Notes under the pieces: model-generated
Seen by the model: only the letters and a program-made list of their open reading frames with translations
What the model was told of the DNA's origin: nothing
Databases searched by the model: none
Translations under genes and position numbers: made by a program
Shown here: positions 50,899 to 64,000 of the stretch, one piece after another
Numbering within the stretch: the first letter of the stretch is position 1
Layout: each line of letters starts with the position of its first letter
Assembly: GCA_963806225.1 (NCBI GenBank)
Contig: CAWDXG010000004.1
Location: 2,688,001-2,752,000 of the forward strand
From: an uncultured delta proteobacterium
GTDB lineage: Bacteria; Myxococcota_A; Polyangia; Polyangiales; Polyangiaceae
Length of the DNA stretch: 64,000 nucleotides
Direction of reading: 5' to 3'

Positions 50899-51774
50899 AT
50901 GCGATGGATCGGTTTCGGAGCCCTGCTGCTGTCGGCCTGCTCGCTCGCGGCATGCGGCGGCAGCACCACGATCGGCAACGTGGACACGGGCGGCAGCGGG
51001 GGAACCGCCGGCAGCGGCGGCAGTGCCGGCACGGTCGGCGGCTGCAACTGCGCGACCGGCTACCACTGCCAGATCGTGAGCGGCAGCTACACCTGCGTGC
51101 CTGATCCGGGGACCGGCGGAAGCGGCGGCACCGCGGGCGCGGCGGGTGCGGGCGGCAGCGGCGGCACGACGGCAACGGAGTGCAGCGCCGACCTGAAGGC
51201 CGGCGCAACGCTGGGCGGGGCGCAGGTGGGGTTCGGCTCGAGCAGCCCGAGCGGCAACGCGAAGGTCGCGCAGGTGGCGGCCGACAGCCTCGAGCTTACG
51301 TCGTCGTCCACTTCGTTGAAGTTCAATTGGGTAGGGCCGGCTCTGACCGGACACTTCAGCCAGGGCGAACCCGTCGAGATCGGTCGGCAGGACGGCTGGG
51401 ACTACGTGGCGGGGCTCTCGAGCGTGGCCGCAGCACGGCGCGACTACGGCTTCGTCGCGCCGCCGGAGATCCCGCCCATCCCGATGCTGGCCGGCCCGCA
51501 CCTCGCGTACGGGACCGAGTGCACGTTCAAGGAAGCGCAGGGCGGCTGTGGCCAGGCCCCTGGCACGGTGAAGCTTCTCACAGTCGACGCGACAACCGGC
51601 GCGGGCATCGTGTCGGCCGGCCAGCGCGAGACCGTCAAGATCATCGACTGGCAGATCCACAACGACAGCAGCACCCAGTATCCCGGCTACGGCAGCAGCA
51701 GTTGCGTCGCCGAAGCCGGCTTCGCCAGCGTCATCGCCGCGCTCGGTCCCTCGCCGGTCAACGGCGGGCCGTAG
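50899..51774 (+). CDS. Putative lipoprotein with Gly-rich linkers
   Basis: MRWIGFGALLLSACSLAAC lipobox; GGSGGTAG repeats; small Cys module. Confidence 0.7.
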   Translation: MRWIGFGALLLSACSLAACGGSTTIGNVDTGGSGGTAGSGGSAGTVGGCNCATGYHCQIVSGSYTCVPDPGTGGSGGTAGAAGAGGSGGTTATECSADLKAGATLGGAQVGFGSSSPSGNAKVAQVAADSLELTSSSTSLKFNWVGPALTGHFSQGEPVEIGRQDGWDYVAGLSSVAAARRDYGFVAPPEIPPIPMLAGPHLAYGTECTFKEAQGGCGQAPGTVKLLTVDATTGAGIVSAGQRETVKIIDWQIHNDSSTQYPGYGSSSCVAEAGFASVIAALGPSPVNGGP

Positions 51775-51916
51775 CGAAGCAGGAAGCGGACGTGGTGGGC
51801 CCGCGCGCGGCGGAGGCGCGCGCTTGGGACCACGCGCCGCGCGCAGCGAAGCGAGCACGGCGCACCGCGCATCGACGGCACAAAGCAGAGGGCAGCTAAC
51901 GGCCAACAGCCAACAG

Positions 51917-52987
51917 CTACCTGCGACTCTTCTTCGCTTTCGCCTTCGCCTTCGCGCGCGCTCGCGGCTTCTTGTAACCGGCGAGCGCATTTTCCAGCTC
52001 CGTGCGGACGCGATCCACGAGCTCGGGCGGTTCGACGACGCGGGCGCGCTGTCCCCACTCGAGCACCCAGCTGGCCACCTGGTTCAGGTCGCCGATGGTC
52101 ATGGTGAGGCGTACTCCGCCGTTCGCGATGGAGGCGAGCTTCTGCGTGGCGTGGACCTTTCGCATCTTCACATACGGGGCGGCCGCTGCGTCGAAGTCGA
52201 TCACGACCTTGTGCCGTTCCGTCGAGCGCCAGATGCCGAGCTCGCCCTGGAAATAGTCGTCGATGTCGAAGTCGTCGGGCAGCTCGAAGCGCTCGCTGAC
52301 CGCGCACTCGGTATCGCGCATGCGGTCGAGCACGAACGTGCGCACCTCGCCGCGCGCCACATGGTGGCCGACGCAGTAGATGCTGTCGCGGTGCAGCACC
52401 ATCGCGTAGGGGTGGATCGTGATGCGCTCCTCCGAGCCGCGCGCCGCGCTCTGGTAGAGGAGGGACAGCGGGCGGAGGTCGGACACGGCCTGGAACAGGT
52501 CGTCGAGCTCGTCGGTCTTCTGGGCGTAGTTCTTGGGGGCGAAAGGCAGATACAGGAAGCGATCCTCGAGGCGCGCGTCGGCCAGGCCCGCATTCGGACC
52601 GCGTCCGGGGCGCTGCGCGAAGGCCAGCAGCTTGCCGACGGCCATGTCGATCTCGTCGAACAGGGCGGAGCCGCGCATCGGCTCGAAGATGCGGCGCGCC
52701 GCGAGCAGCGCGTAGGCCTGCGTGCGACGGAGCTCGACCTTGCGCGGGATCTCGCCGGCACGGATGCGCCAGAGCAGCGGCCCGCCGCCGCGCGTCTCGA
52801 TCGATTCGAGGTTGTACTCGCGCTCGACCTCCTTGAGGTAGCGACGCATGGTGCGCGTGGTCACGTCGAGCGCGCCTGCGAGCTCGTAGAGCGAGACGCC
52901 GCGCGGGTGTTTGGTCAGAAGCTCGCGCAGACGGTCGATGCGACGGTGCTGGGTGAACCGTCCCTGGGGGCGTCCGAGTCCCTTCAC
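51917..52987 (-). CDS. WYL domain transcriptional regulator (HTH-WYL-WCX, PafBC/YafY-like)
   Basis: ELAGALDVTTRTMRRYL HTH; IHPYAMV..YCVG..EVRTFVLDRM; WVLEWG..VVEPPEL. Confidence 0.92.
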   Translation of the reverse strand: MKGLGRPQGRFTQHRRIDRLRELLTKHPRGVSLYELAGALDVTTRTMRRYLKEVEREYNLESIETRGGGPLLWRIRAGEIPRKVELRRTQAYALLAARRIFEPMRGSALFDEIDMAVGKLLAFAQRPGRGPNAGLADARLEDRFLYLPFAPKNYAQKTDELDDLFQAVSDLRPLSLLYQSAARGSEERITIHPYAMVLHRDSIYCVGHHVARGEVRTFVLDRMRDTECAVSERFELPDDFDIDDYFQGELGIWRSTERHKVVIDFDAAAAPYVKMRKVHATQKLASIANGGVRLTMTIGDLNQVASWVLEWGQRARVVEPPELVDRVRTELENALAGYKKPRARAKAKAKAKKSRR

Positions 52988-53273
52988 GCCCCAACGGGTA
53001 GCGTCTCTTCTACGACGTCGTCCAGCCCAGGCCTGTCAAGCGGCGCCGACAGGCAGGCCGAATGTGTGGAAAATGCTGGAGAAACGCCAGGGCGTGCGAA
53101 CCGCGCCATGGCGCTTGAGATGGCCGCGGGTTCTCGTGTAGCGTGGACTACTGCGGGATTCTGCCCGCACTGGCGCGGTGACGCTGCCGAGTAGCCTGGT
53201 GCCCGTGCATGCGGGTACCACCCTACAAGGGGCGCACCTTACCTCTCGAGCTTGTCATGACAGGAATCCGACC

Positions 53274-57406
<4,133 letters not shown>

Positions 57407-57410
<4 letters not shown>

Positions 57411-60400
57411 GGCCGCATGCCTGGGCGGCGGCGTTCGTCGCCGTAGCAGTCGGCGTGCTCGGTTCGACCGGATGCACGACCAACAGCTTCTGCTTCAACG
57501 ATTGTGCTGGCCAAGGCGACGGCGGTCCCGACACCGGGGCCACCGACGGCGGGCAGGACGTCATCATCCTGTCCGACGCCTCCGACGCACCCATCATCAA
57601 CCTCGAGACCGGAACCGGTGACGGCTGCGTCCAGTCGAACAACGGCGTCGAGACCTGCGACGGTCTGGACGACGACTGCGACGGCATCGTCGACAACGTC
57701 ACGGACAAGAACGAGCTGTCCAAGCCCACCTCGTGCGGCACCTGCGCCACCGACTGCACCCAGTTGCTCACGGGCGCGATCGGACCGACGTGCACGCCCC
57801 CGGCGACGCTCGACGGCAAGACGCCGGGCACCTGCGGCTACACGAAGTGCGACCCCGACTACAAGGACAAGGACGGCAACCCGGCGAACGGCTGCGAGTA
57901 CAAGTGCCCCTACGTCCCCGTCGGGCCGGAGGTCTGCGACAACCAGGACAACAACTGCGACGGCACGGTCGACGAGGGCTTCAACCTGTGCACCGACACC
58001 GACAACTGCGGGAAATGCGGCAAGAAGTGCGTGATCTCCCACGGCACGCCGAAGTGCACGAGCACCGCGACGGGCTCCGCCTGCAACTCGACGAACACGA
58101 CCTGCGGCGTCGCGAGTTGTGACACGGACTACTACGACATCGACGGCTCGGCGGACAACGGCTGCGAGTACCACTGCGTGAAGACCGGACCGGAGGTCTG
58201 CGACGGCGTCGACAACGACTGCGACGGCAAGATCGACAACGTCGACCCGAGCCTCCAGACGGACGACCCGGACGTCGGGAAGGACTGCTACGGCAGCCCG
58301 CAGGGGCTGTGCGCCGACCCGGCCTACAAGGGCGTGAACAAGTGCATCGGCGGGCAGATCCAGTGCTGCGACCTCGACTCGAACAACGTCAACAGCACGA
58401 ACCCCAACCTGCCCGTCACCGGCGTGCGCAACGGCGTGTGCAAGGGCGCCAAGGGACCGTTCGTCCTCAAGCCGTTCGACAAGCTGGAAACCTGCAACGG
58501 CCTCGATGACGACTGCGACGGCGTCACGGACGACAACCTCACCGACACCGGCGGCGTGTGCGGCGTCTCGCAGGGCAACTGCCAGCCAGGGCACCGTCCA
58601 GTGTGTGAACGGGGCCCCGAAGTGCTCCGGAAACACCACACCGCAGACCGAGATCTGCAACGGTCAGGACGACGATTGCGACGGCGTCATCGACGGCACC
58701 ATCCCCTCCTCGGGAGCGACAACCTGCACGAAGGACAGCGATTGCCCGAGCACGCAGATCTGCGTGGCGCGCACCGGCCCCTCGGACATGGTCTGTGTCA
58801 TTCCGCCGAGCGATGCCGTCGGTGATTGCGACGTGCCGCCACCGGCCCCCGCCGGCGGGACCCAGCCCTGCAAGAAGGGCGCGCTGCGCTGCGTCGGCGG
58901 CGTGAAGACCTGCCTGGGCTCGCAAGGTCCCACGTCGACCACGGATACCTGCGGCGTCGATGCGAACTGCGACGGTCAGCTCACCAACCAGCCCGACCTG
59001 AACGGCAACGTCCACAACTGCGGCAGCTGCGGGCACGACTGCTATGCCGTCGCTCCGAACGGGCACGCGTCAATGGGCCTGCAATTCCGGCGTCTGCACG
59101 CTGGGCGCCTGTGACACCGGCTACATCGACTGCGACAGCAACCAGAACACCTGCGAACGGTCCTGCACGTTCACGTCGGCGACCGAGCAGTGCAATGGCA
59201 AGGACGATAACTGCAACTGCCAGGTCGACGAGAACGTCGTCGCGCCGAATCCGACCCAGGTCTGCGACGTGACGCCAGGCGCGACGGACACGGGCTGCAA
59301 GGCCGGAGCCGGCGGCGTGTCGGTCACCTGCTCGAACGGCGGTTGGAAGTGCACCTTCCCGACCGGCTACTGCAACAACAGCGCGGGACCGAACTACTGC
59401 TCGGCCACCGCGGACATCTGCGACGGCAAGGACAACAACTGCAACGGCGTCGCGGACGAGGACTTCAAGCCCCCGGTCCTCACGACCGGCTACCTCGACG
59501 AGCCGTGCGCCAGCGACGACGGCTAGCGCCCGGCACGGGGCCTGCCAGGGCACCGGGAAATACGTGTGTGATGGCCCGAGTGCGACCAAGTGCAACGCAC
59601 AGAAGGACAACGTCGGGGCCCGGCATCGGGCCGGAAATCTGCGACGGCCTGGACAACGACTGCGACGGCAAGATCGACGAGTCGTTCAACGACCAAGGGC
59701 ACGAGCGCGACGCTACGTCAAGCCCGCCGTCACGAAGATCGGTAGCGTGTGGGTCTACCAGTACGAGGCGAGCCGCCCCGGCGCGACGTCGAACGACCCC
59801 GGCTCGGGCAACGGCTACCAGACTGCAGCGCCGTCCGGCATCACACTGGACAAGACGCAGTCCTGCTCGCTCCCGAACGTCGTGCCCTGGTTCAACGTCT
59901 CGGCGACCGAGGCGGCACAGACGTGCATCGCCCGTGGCGGTCGCCTGTGCCGGACCAGTGACTGGCAGACGGCGTGTCACGCGACGAACAGCTGCACCCG
60001 GGGCTACGCACCGCACAACGCGGCCTGCAAGAGCGACGGCACCTACACCGGCACGGCGTCGCGGGTCTGCAACATCGGGCCCTTCGACTTCGACGGCAAT
60101 GCGTCCAACGGTATCCAGGACGGCCTGCTGCCGACGGCTTCCAGCCTGTTGACCAACTGCTGGGCGGACTGGAGCGGGACGAGCGGCAACACCACCTCCA
60201 ACAACAACATCCGCGACATGCTCGGCAACCTGCGCGAGATCACCTACAACACCAGCGTGAGCCCGGGCGGCTGCAGCCTGACCGATCCGGCGGGCACGTG
60301 CCTGTTCTCGCTGATGGGCGGTGCGTTCAACACGCAGTCGGAGGACGGCGCGGCCTGCGACTTCACCTTCTATACGGTGGACAAAAGCTTCAAGCTCTTC

Positions 60401-60442
60401 GACGTGGGCTTCCGCTGCTGCTTCGATTCGAACCCGGATTGA
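57407..60442 (+). CDS. Cys-rich lipoprotein with about 8 of the same repeats and a C-terminal FGE-sulfatase (C-lectin-fold) domain; several frameshifts
   Basis: Lipobox STGC; ATGA overlap with the upstream gene; YQYEASRP, PWFNVS..EAAQTC..GGRLC..W, DMLGNLRE, GGAF, VGFRCC. Confidence 0.82.
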
Positions 60443-60507
60443 CATTCCGGTCGGCGCGCGGCGTCTGGACTTGACTCCGGGCGCCGGCGCGACGAAGCCG
60501 TGGGACC

Positions 60508-61845
60508 ATGGCCCAGCGGAAGAAGAGCAGGACGCGCCTGAACCCGGTCGAGCTCATCATCAGGAAGCGCGACGGCGGACAGCTCGACGGCGGCGAGATC
60601 CGCGCCCTGGTGGACGGCTTCGTCGCCGGCGAGGTCGCGGACTACCAGATGAGCGCCTGGCTGATGGCGGCCTTTCTCCGCGGGCTCGACGACGCGGAAA
60701 CGGTCGCACTGACGGATGCGATGCTGCACTCGGGCGACGTGCTCACGCTCGCGAGCGTCAAGGCGCCGCGTGTGGACAAGCACTCGACGGGCGGCGTGGG
60801 GGACAAGGTCAGCATCTGCCTGGCGCCGTTGGTGGCGGCCTGCGGCGTAGCGGTGCCGATGATCTCGGGGCGCGGGCTCGGCCACACGGGCGGGACGCTC
60901 GACAAGCTCGAGGCAATCCCGGGCTACAGGGTGGATCTCGACGCGAAGCGTTTCGAACAGGTCGTGCGGCAGGTGGGCACCTGCATGATCGGGCAGACCG
61001 ACCGGCTCGCGCCGGCTGATCGGCGCATCTACGCGCTGCGCGATGTAACCGGCACGGTGGAGTGCATTCCGCTGATCGTCGCCAGCATCCTGTCGAAGAA
61101 GCTGGCGGAAGGCATCGAGGGCCTGGTCCTCGACGTGAAGGTCGGCCGGGGCGCGTTCATGAAGGATCTCGACTCGGCCCGGGAGCTCGCGCGGAAGCTG
61201 GTGCGCGTGGGCCGCCGCGCCGACAAGAAGGTGGTGGCGCTGCTGACCGACATGTCTGCGCCGCTCGGTCTGACGATCGGCAACGCGCTCGAGACTCGCG
61301 AGGCGATCGACGTTCTCCGCGGCGAAGGGCCCGCCGACACCCGCGAGCTGACGCTCAGGCTCGGCGCCGAGATGCTCGTGCTGGGGGGCGTGGCGAAGAA
61401 GACAACGGACGCACGGAAAGAGCTCGAGCGCGCCATTTCCAGCGGCGCCGGGCTCGAACGGCTGGTCCGCATGGTCGAGGCGCAGGGCGGCGACCCGCGC
61501 GCGGTGGAGGACACGAAGCGCCTGCCACGCGCGCCGCATCGCGTCCCGGTGGAGGCTCCGCGAGCCGGCTACGTGACGGCAACCGACGCGCTCGAGCTAG
61601 GGCTCTGCTCGGTAGCGCTGGGCGCCGGACGCACACGGGCGGATCAAGCCGTCGATCCGGCGGTCGGCATCGAGCTTTCGGCCAAGCGCGGCAATCGCGT
61701 CGCCAAGGGTGAGCCGCTCTGCTGGCTGCACGTGCGCTCGAAGCGCGGGCTCGCGCCCGTCGCGGACCGCGCGCGCGCGGCGTTCAGCATCGGCCGCACG
61801 CGCGCCGCCGACATGCCGCTCGTCCTCGAGCGCATCGCGCGCTGA
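60508..61845 (+). CDS. deoA: Thymidine/pyrimidine-nucleoside phosphorylase
   Basis: DKHSTGGVGDK, SGRGLGHTGGTLDKLE, ASILSKK, DVKVGRGAFMK. Confidence 0.93.
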   Translation: MAQRKKSRTRLNPVELIIRKRDGGQLDGGEIRALVDGFVAGEVADYQMSAWLMAAFLRGLDDAETVALTDAMLHSGDVLTLASVKAPRVDKHSTGGVGDKVSICLAPLVAACGVAVPMISGRGLGHTGGTLDKLEAIPGYRVDLDAKRFEQVVRQVGTCMIGQTDRLAPADRRIYALRDVTGTVECIPLIVASILSKKLAEGIEGLVLDVKVGRGAFMKDLDSARELARKLVRVGRRADKKVVALLTDMSAPLGLTIGNALETREAIDVLRGEGPADTRELTLRLGAEMLVLGGVAKKTTDARKELERAISSGAGLERLVRMVEAQGGDPRAVEDTKRLPRAPHRVPVEAPRAGYVTATDALELGLCSVALGAGRTRADQAVDPAVGIELSAKRGNRVAKGEPLCWLHVRSKRGLAPVADRARAAFSIGRTRAADMPLVLERIAR

Positions 61846-61857
61846 GCGGGCCCGCGC

Positions 61858-63906
61858 TCAGTGCAGGCGCTGGCCGGGCTTCGCGCCGCTGTCGGGCGAG
61901 AGCAGGAACACTTCCGCGCCACCGGGACCGGCCGCGACGACCATGCCTTCGCTCACGCCGAACTTCATCTTGCGGGGCGCCAGGTTCGCGACCACGACCA
62001 CCAGGCGACCCACGAGGTCCTCGGGCTTGTACGCGGCCTTGATGCCGGCAAACACGCTGCGCGTGACGCCGCCGCCGAGACTCACCGTGAGCTTGAGCAG
62101 CTTGCGCGCTTCGGGCACGGCTTCGGCGGCGATCACCCGGGCGACGCGCAGATCCACCTTGGCAAAGTCGTCGATGGTGCACTCCGGCGAAAGCGGCTCC
62201 GCCTCGAGCGGCCCCGCGTCGTCCTCCGGCGCCGCGGCGCCCTTCGCTGCGTCCTCGGCGGCGCTCGCACCGTCGGCGATCATCGCCTGCACCTTCTTGG
62301 GATCCACGCGCTGCATCAGGTGCTTGAACTCGCCCGACCGGCGTTCCGACGAGCGGCGTCTGTGCGTCGCTCCAGGCGGCAATGGGGGCACCGAGGAGCG
62401 TGCCGCTGTCCTCGGCCAGCCTGGGCAGGACCGGCGCCAGGTAGACCACGAGCTGCCGATACAGGTTGAGCACCACGCTGCATACGTCCGTGCAGCTCCT
62501 GGCGCTTTGCCGGGTCCTTCTTGAGCTTCCAGGGCTCGGTGCGATCCACGTACTCGTTCGCGCGGTCGGCCAGCGCCATGATGCTGCGCATCGCCTGGGC
62601 GAAGTCGCAGGCCTCGTAGGCCGCGGCGATCTCCTCGCCCTGCTTCGCCGCCGCGGCGAACAGGCCGCCGTCCTCGGGATAGCTGGCGGACAGCCCGCTG
62701 TCCTTCACGAAGCGCGCGGTGCGGCTCGCCAGGTTCACGACCTTGCCGACGAGGTCGGAGTTCACCTTGGCGACGAATTCCTCGAGGTTCAGGTCGAGGT
62801 CGTCCGACCGGGGCTCGAGCTTGGTCGCGTAGAAGTAGCGCAGGTACGCCGGGTCGAGATGCTCGAGGTAGGTCGACGCGAGCACGAACGTGCCCTTGCG
62901 CTTGCTCATCTTCTCGCCGTTCACGGTCAGAAAGCCGTGCACCTGCACGCGGTCGTCGGCAGGCGAACCCCGCCGTCTTCAGCATGGCGGGCCAGAACAG
63001 CGTGTGGAAGTAGACGATGTCCTTGCCGATGAAGTGGTGGATCTCCGTGTCCTCCGAGCGCCACCAGTCGTCGAAGCTTCTCGCCGTTCTGCTCGCACCA
63101 CTGCCTGCGTCGCGGCCATGTAGCCGATCGGCGCGTCGAACCAGACGTACCAGTAGTTGCCCGGCAGCGTCGGGGATCTCGAAGCCGAAGTAGGGCGCGG
63201 GCCGCGAGACGTCCCAGTCGCGCAGCGGCTCGGCGAGGAAGTGCCCCTTGAGGTAGTTGGCGATCTCCGGCTGCAGGTGCTCGCCGCCCTGCGTCCACTC
63301 GCTCGAGGAACGTCGTGGCAGCGCTCGATGTTGACGAACAGGTGCGGCGCGCTCTGCACCTCGGGCTTCGCGCCGCTGAGCGTGCTGACCGGATCGATGA
63401 GCTCGGCGGGACTGTACGTGGCGCCGCACTTGTCGCAGCTGTCGCCGTACTGGTCGGGTGACTTGCACACCGGGCACGTGCCCTTCACGAAGCGGTCGGC
63501 GAGGAACGTGCCCGCCTGCGGGTCGAACAGCTGCGTGACCTCGCGCTCCGCGACGAGACCCTGCTTCCGGAACGCCGACCAGATCTCGCGCGCAGAGCTC
63601 GCGGTTTTCGGCCGAGTGGGTGCTGCCGTAGTGGTCGAACTGGATCTGGAAGGCGGCGAAATCGCGCTGGTGCGCGGCGCTCATGTCGGCGATCAGCTCT
63701 TCTTCGCTGCGGCCTTCCTGCCGCGCCCGGATCATGATCGCCGTGCCGTGGGTGTCGTCGGCGCACATGTAGATGACGCGCTGTCCACGCAGGCGCTGGA
63801 AGCGCACCCAGATGTCGGTCTGCAGGTACTCGACCAGGTGACCGATGTGGATGTGCCCGTTGGCGTAGGGCAGGGCGCTGGTGACCAGGAGTCGGCGATC
63901 CGTCAT
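61858..63906 (-). CDS. metG: Methionine--tRNA ligase with C-terminal tRNA-binding domain; several frameshifts
   Basis: [70 protein letters not shown]. Confidence 0.96.
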   Translation of the reverse strand: MTDRRLLVTSALPYANGHIHIGHLVEYLQTDIWVRFQRLRGQRVIYMCADDTHGTAIMIRARQEGRSEEELIADMSAAHQRDFAAFQIQFDHYGSTHSAENRELCARDLVGVPEAGSRRGARGHAAVRPAGGHVPRRPLREGHVPGVQVTRPVRRQLRQVRRHVQSRRAHRSGQHAQRREARGAERAAPVRQHRALPRRSSSEWTQGGEHLQPEIANYLKGHFLAEPLRDWDVSRPAPYFGFEIPDAAGQLLVRLVRRADRLHGRDAGSGASRTARSFDDWWRSEDTEIHHFIGKDIVYFHTLFWPAMLKTAGFACRRPRAGARLSDRERREDEQAQGHVRARVDLPRASRPGVPALLLRDQARAPVGRPRPEPRGIRRQGELRPRRQGREPGEPHRALREGQRAVRQLSRGRRPVRRGGEAGRGDRRGLRGLRLRPGDAQHHGAGRPRERVRGSHRALEAQEGPGKAPGAARTYAAWCSTCIGSSWSTWRRSCPGWPRTAARSSVPPLPPGATHRRRSSERRSGEFKHLMQRVDPKKVQAMIADGASAAEDAAKGAAAPEDDAGPLEAEPLSPECTIDDFAKVDLRVARVIAAEAVPEARKLLKLTVSLGGGVTRSVFAGIKAAYKPEDLVGRLVVVVANLAPRKMKFGVSEGMVVAAGPGGAEVFLLSPDSGAKPGQRLH

Positions 63907-64000
63907 GAGGCGCGCATCCTGCCACTGTCGCCCGCGGGATCAAAACCCCGCGGGCGATCGTGGACGGCGCCTGCCCACCTGCCTGCGGCCGCTACTGCGG

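Overview
High-GC chromosomal window from a myxobacterium, most likely Polyangiales/Sorangiineae (inferred from an AgmX/PglI-type protein, a MYXO-CTERM sorting tail, FHA-DUF4388 and many Cys-rich lipoproteins). It holds about 50 protein genes. Housekeeping genes are hflKC, aroE, xseA, a biotin carboxylase, upp, hisD, nadD, ccmB, gltX, speA, a pyrimidine nucleoside phosphorylase and metG. Signalling genes are two histidine kinases, an OmpR regulator, a TPR sigma54 activator, a Ser/Thr kinase, a MshEN protein and a WYL regulator. There is also a two-gene Cys-rich surface operon. Many genes, including essential ones, carry single-base frameshifts that look like long-read indel errors rather than pseudogenisation. 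Highlights: (1) a receiver-less TPR sigma54 activator coupled to a small lipoprotein with a twice-repeated KPTPDPWR peptide and followed by a multi-TM histidine kinase, a candidate peptide-signalling module; (2) a 5'-truncated, internally deleted group II intron embedded in a composite array of 35-36 bp tandem repeats and 111 bp hairpin repeats; (3) a textbook-geometry FNR/CRP class II promoter driving an unknown Cys-rich membrane protein placed between a kinase and a response regulator; (4) a coupled tandem pair of paralogous unknown proteins; (5) a vWA/MYXO-CTERM adhesin plus an FGE/C-lectin-fold lipoprotein, divergent from a WYL regulator. No rRNA, tRNA or CRISPR array was recognised.
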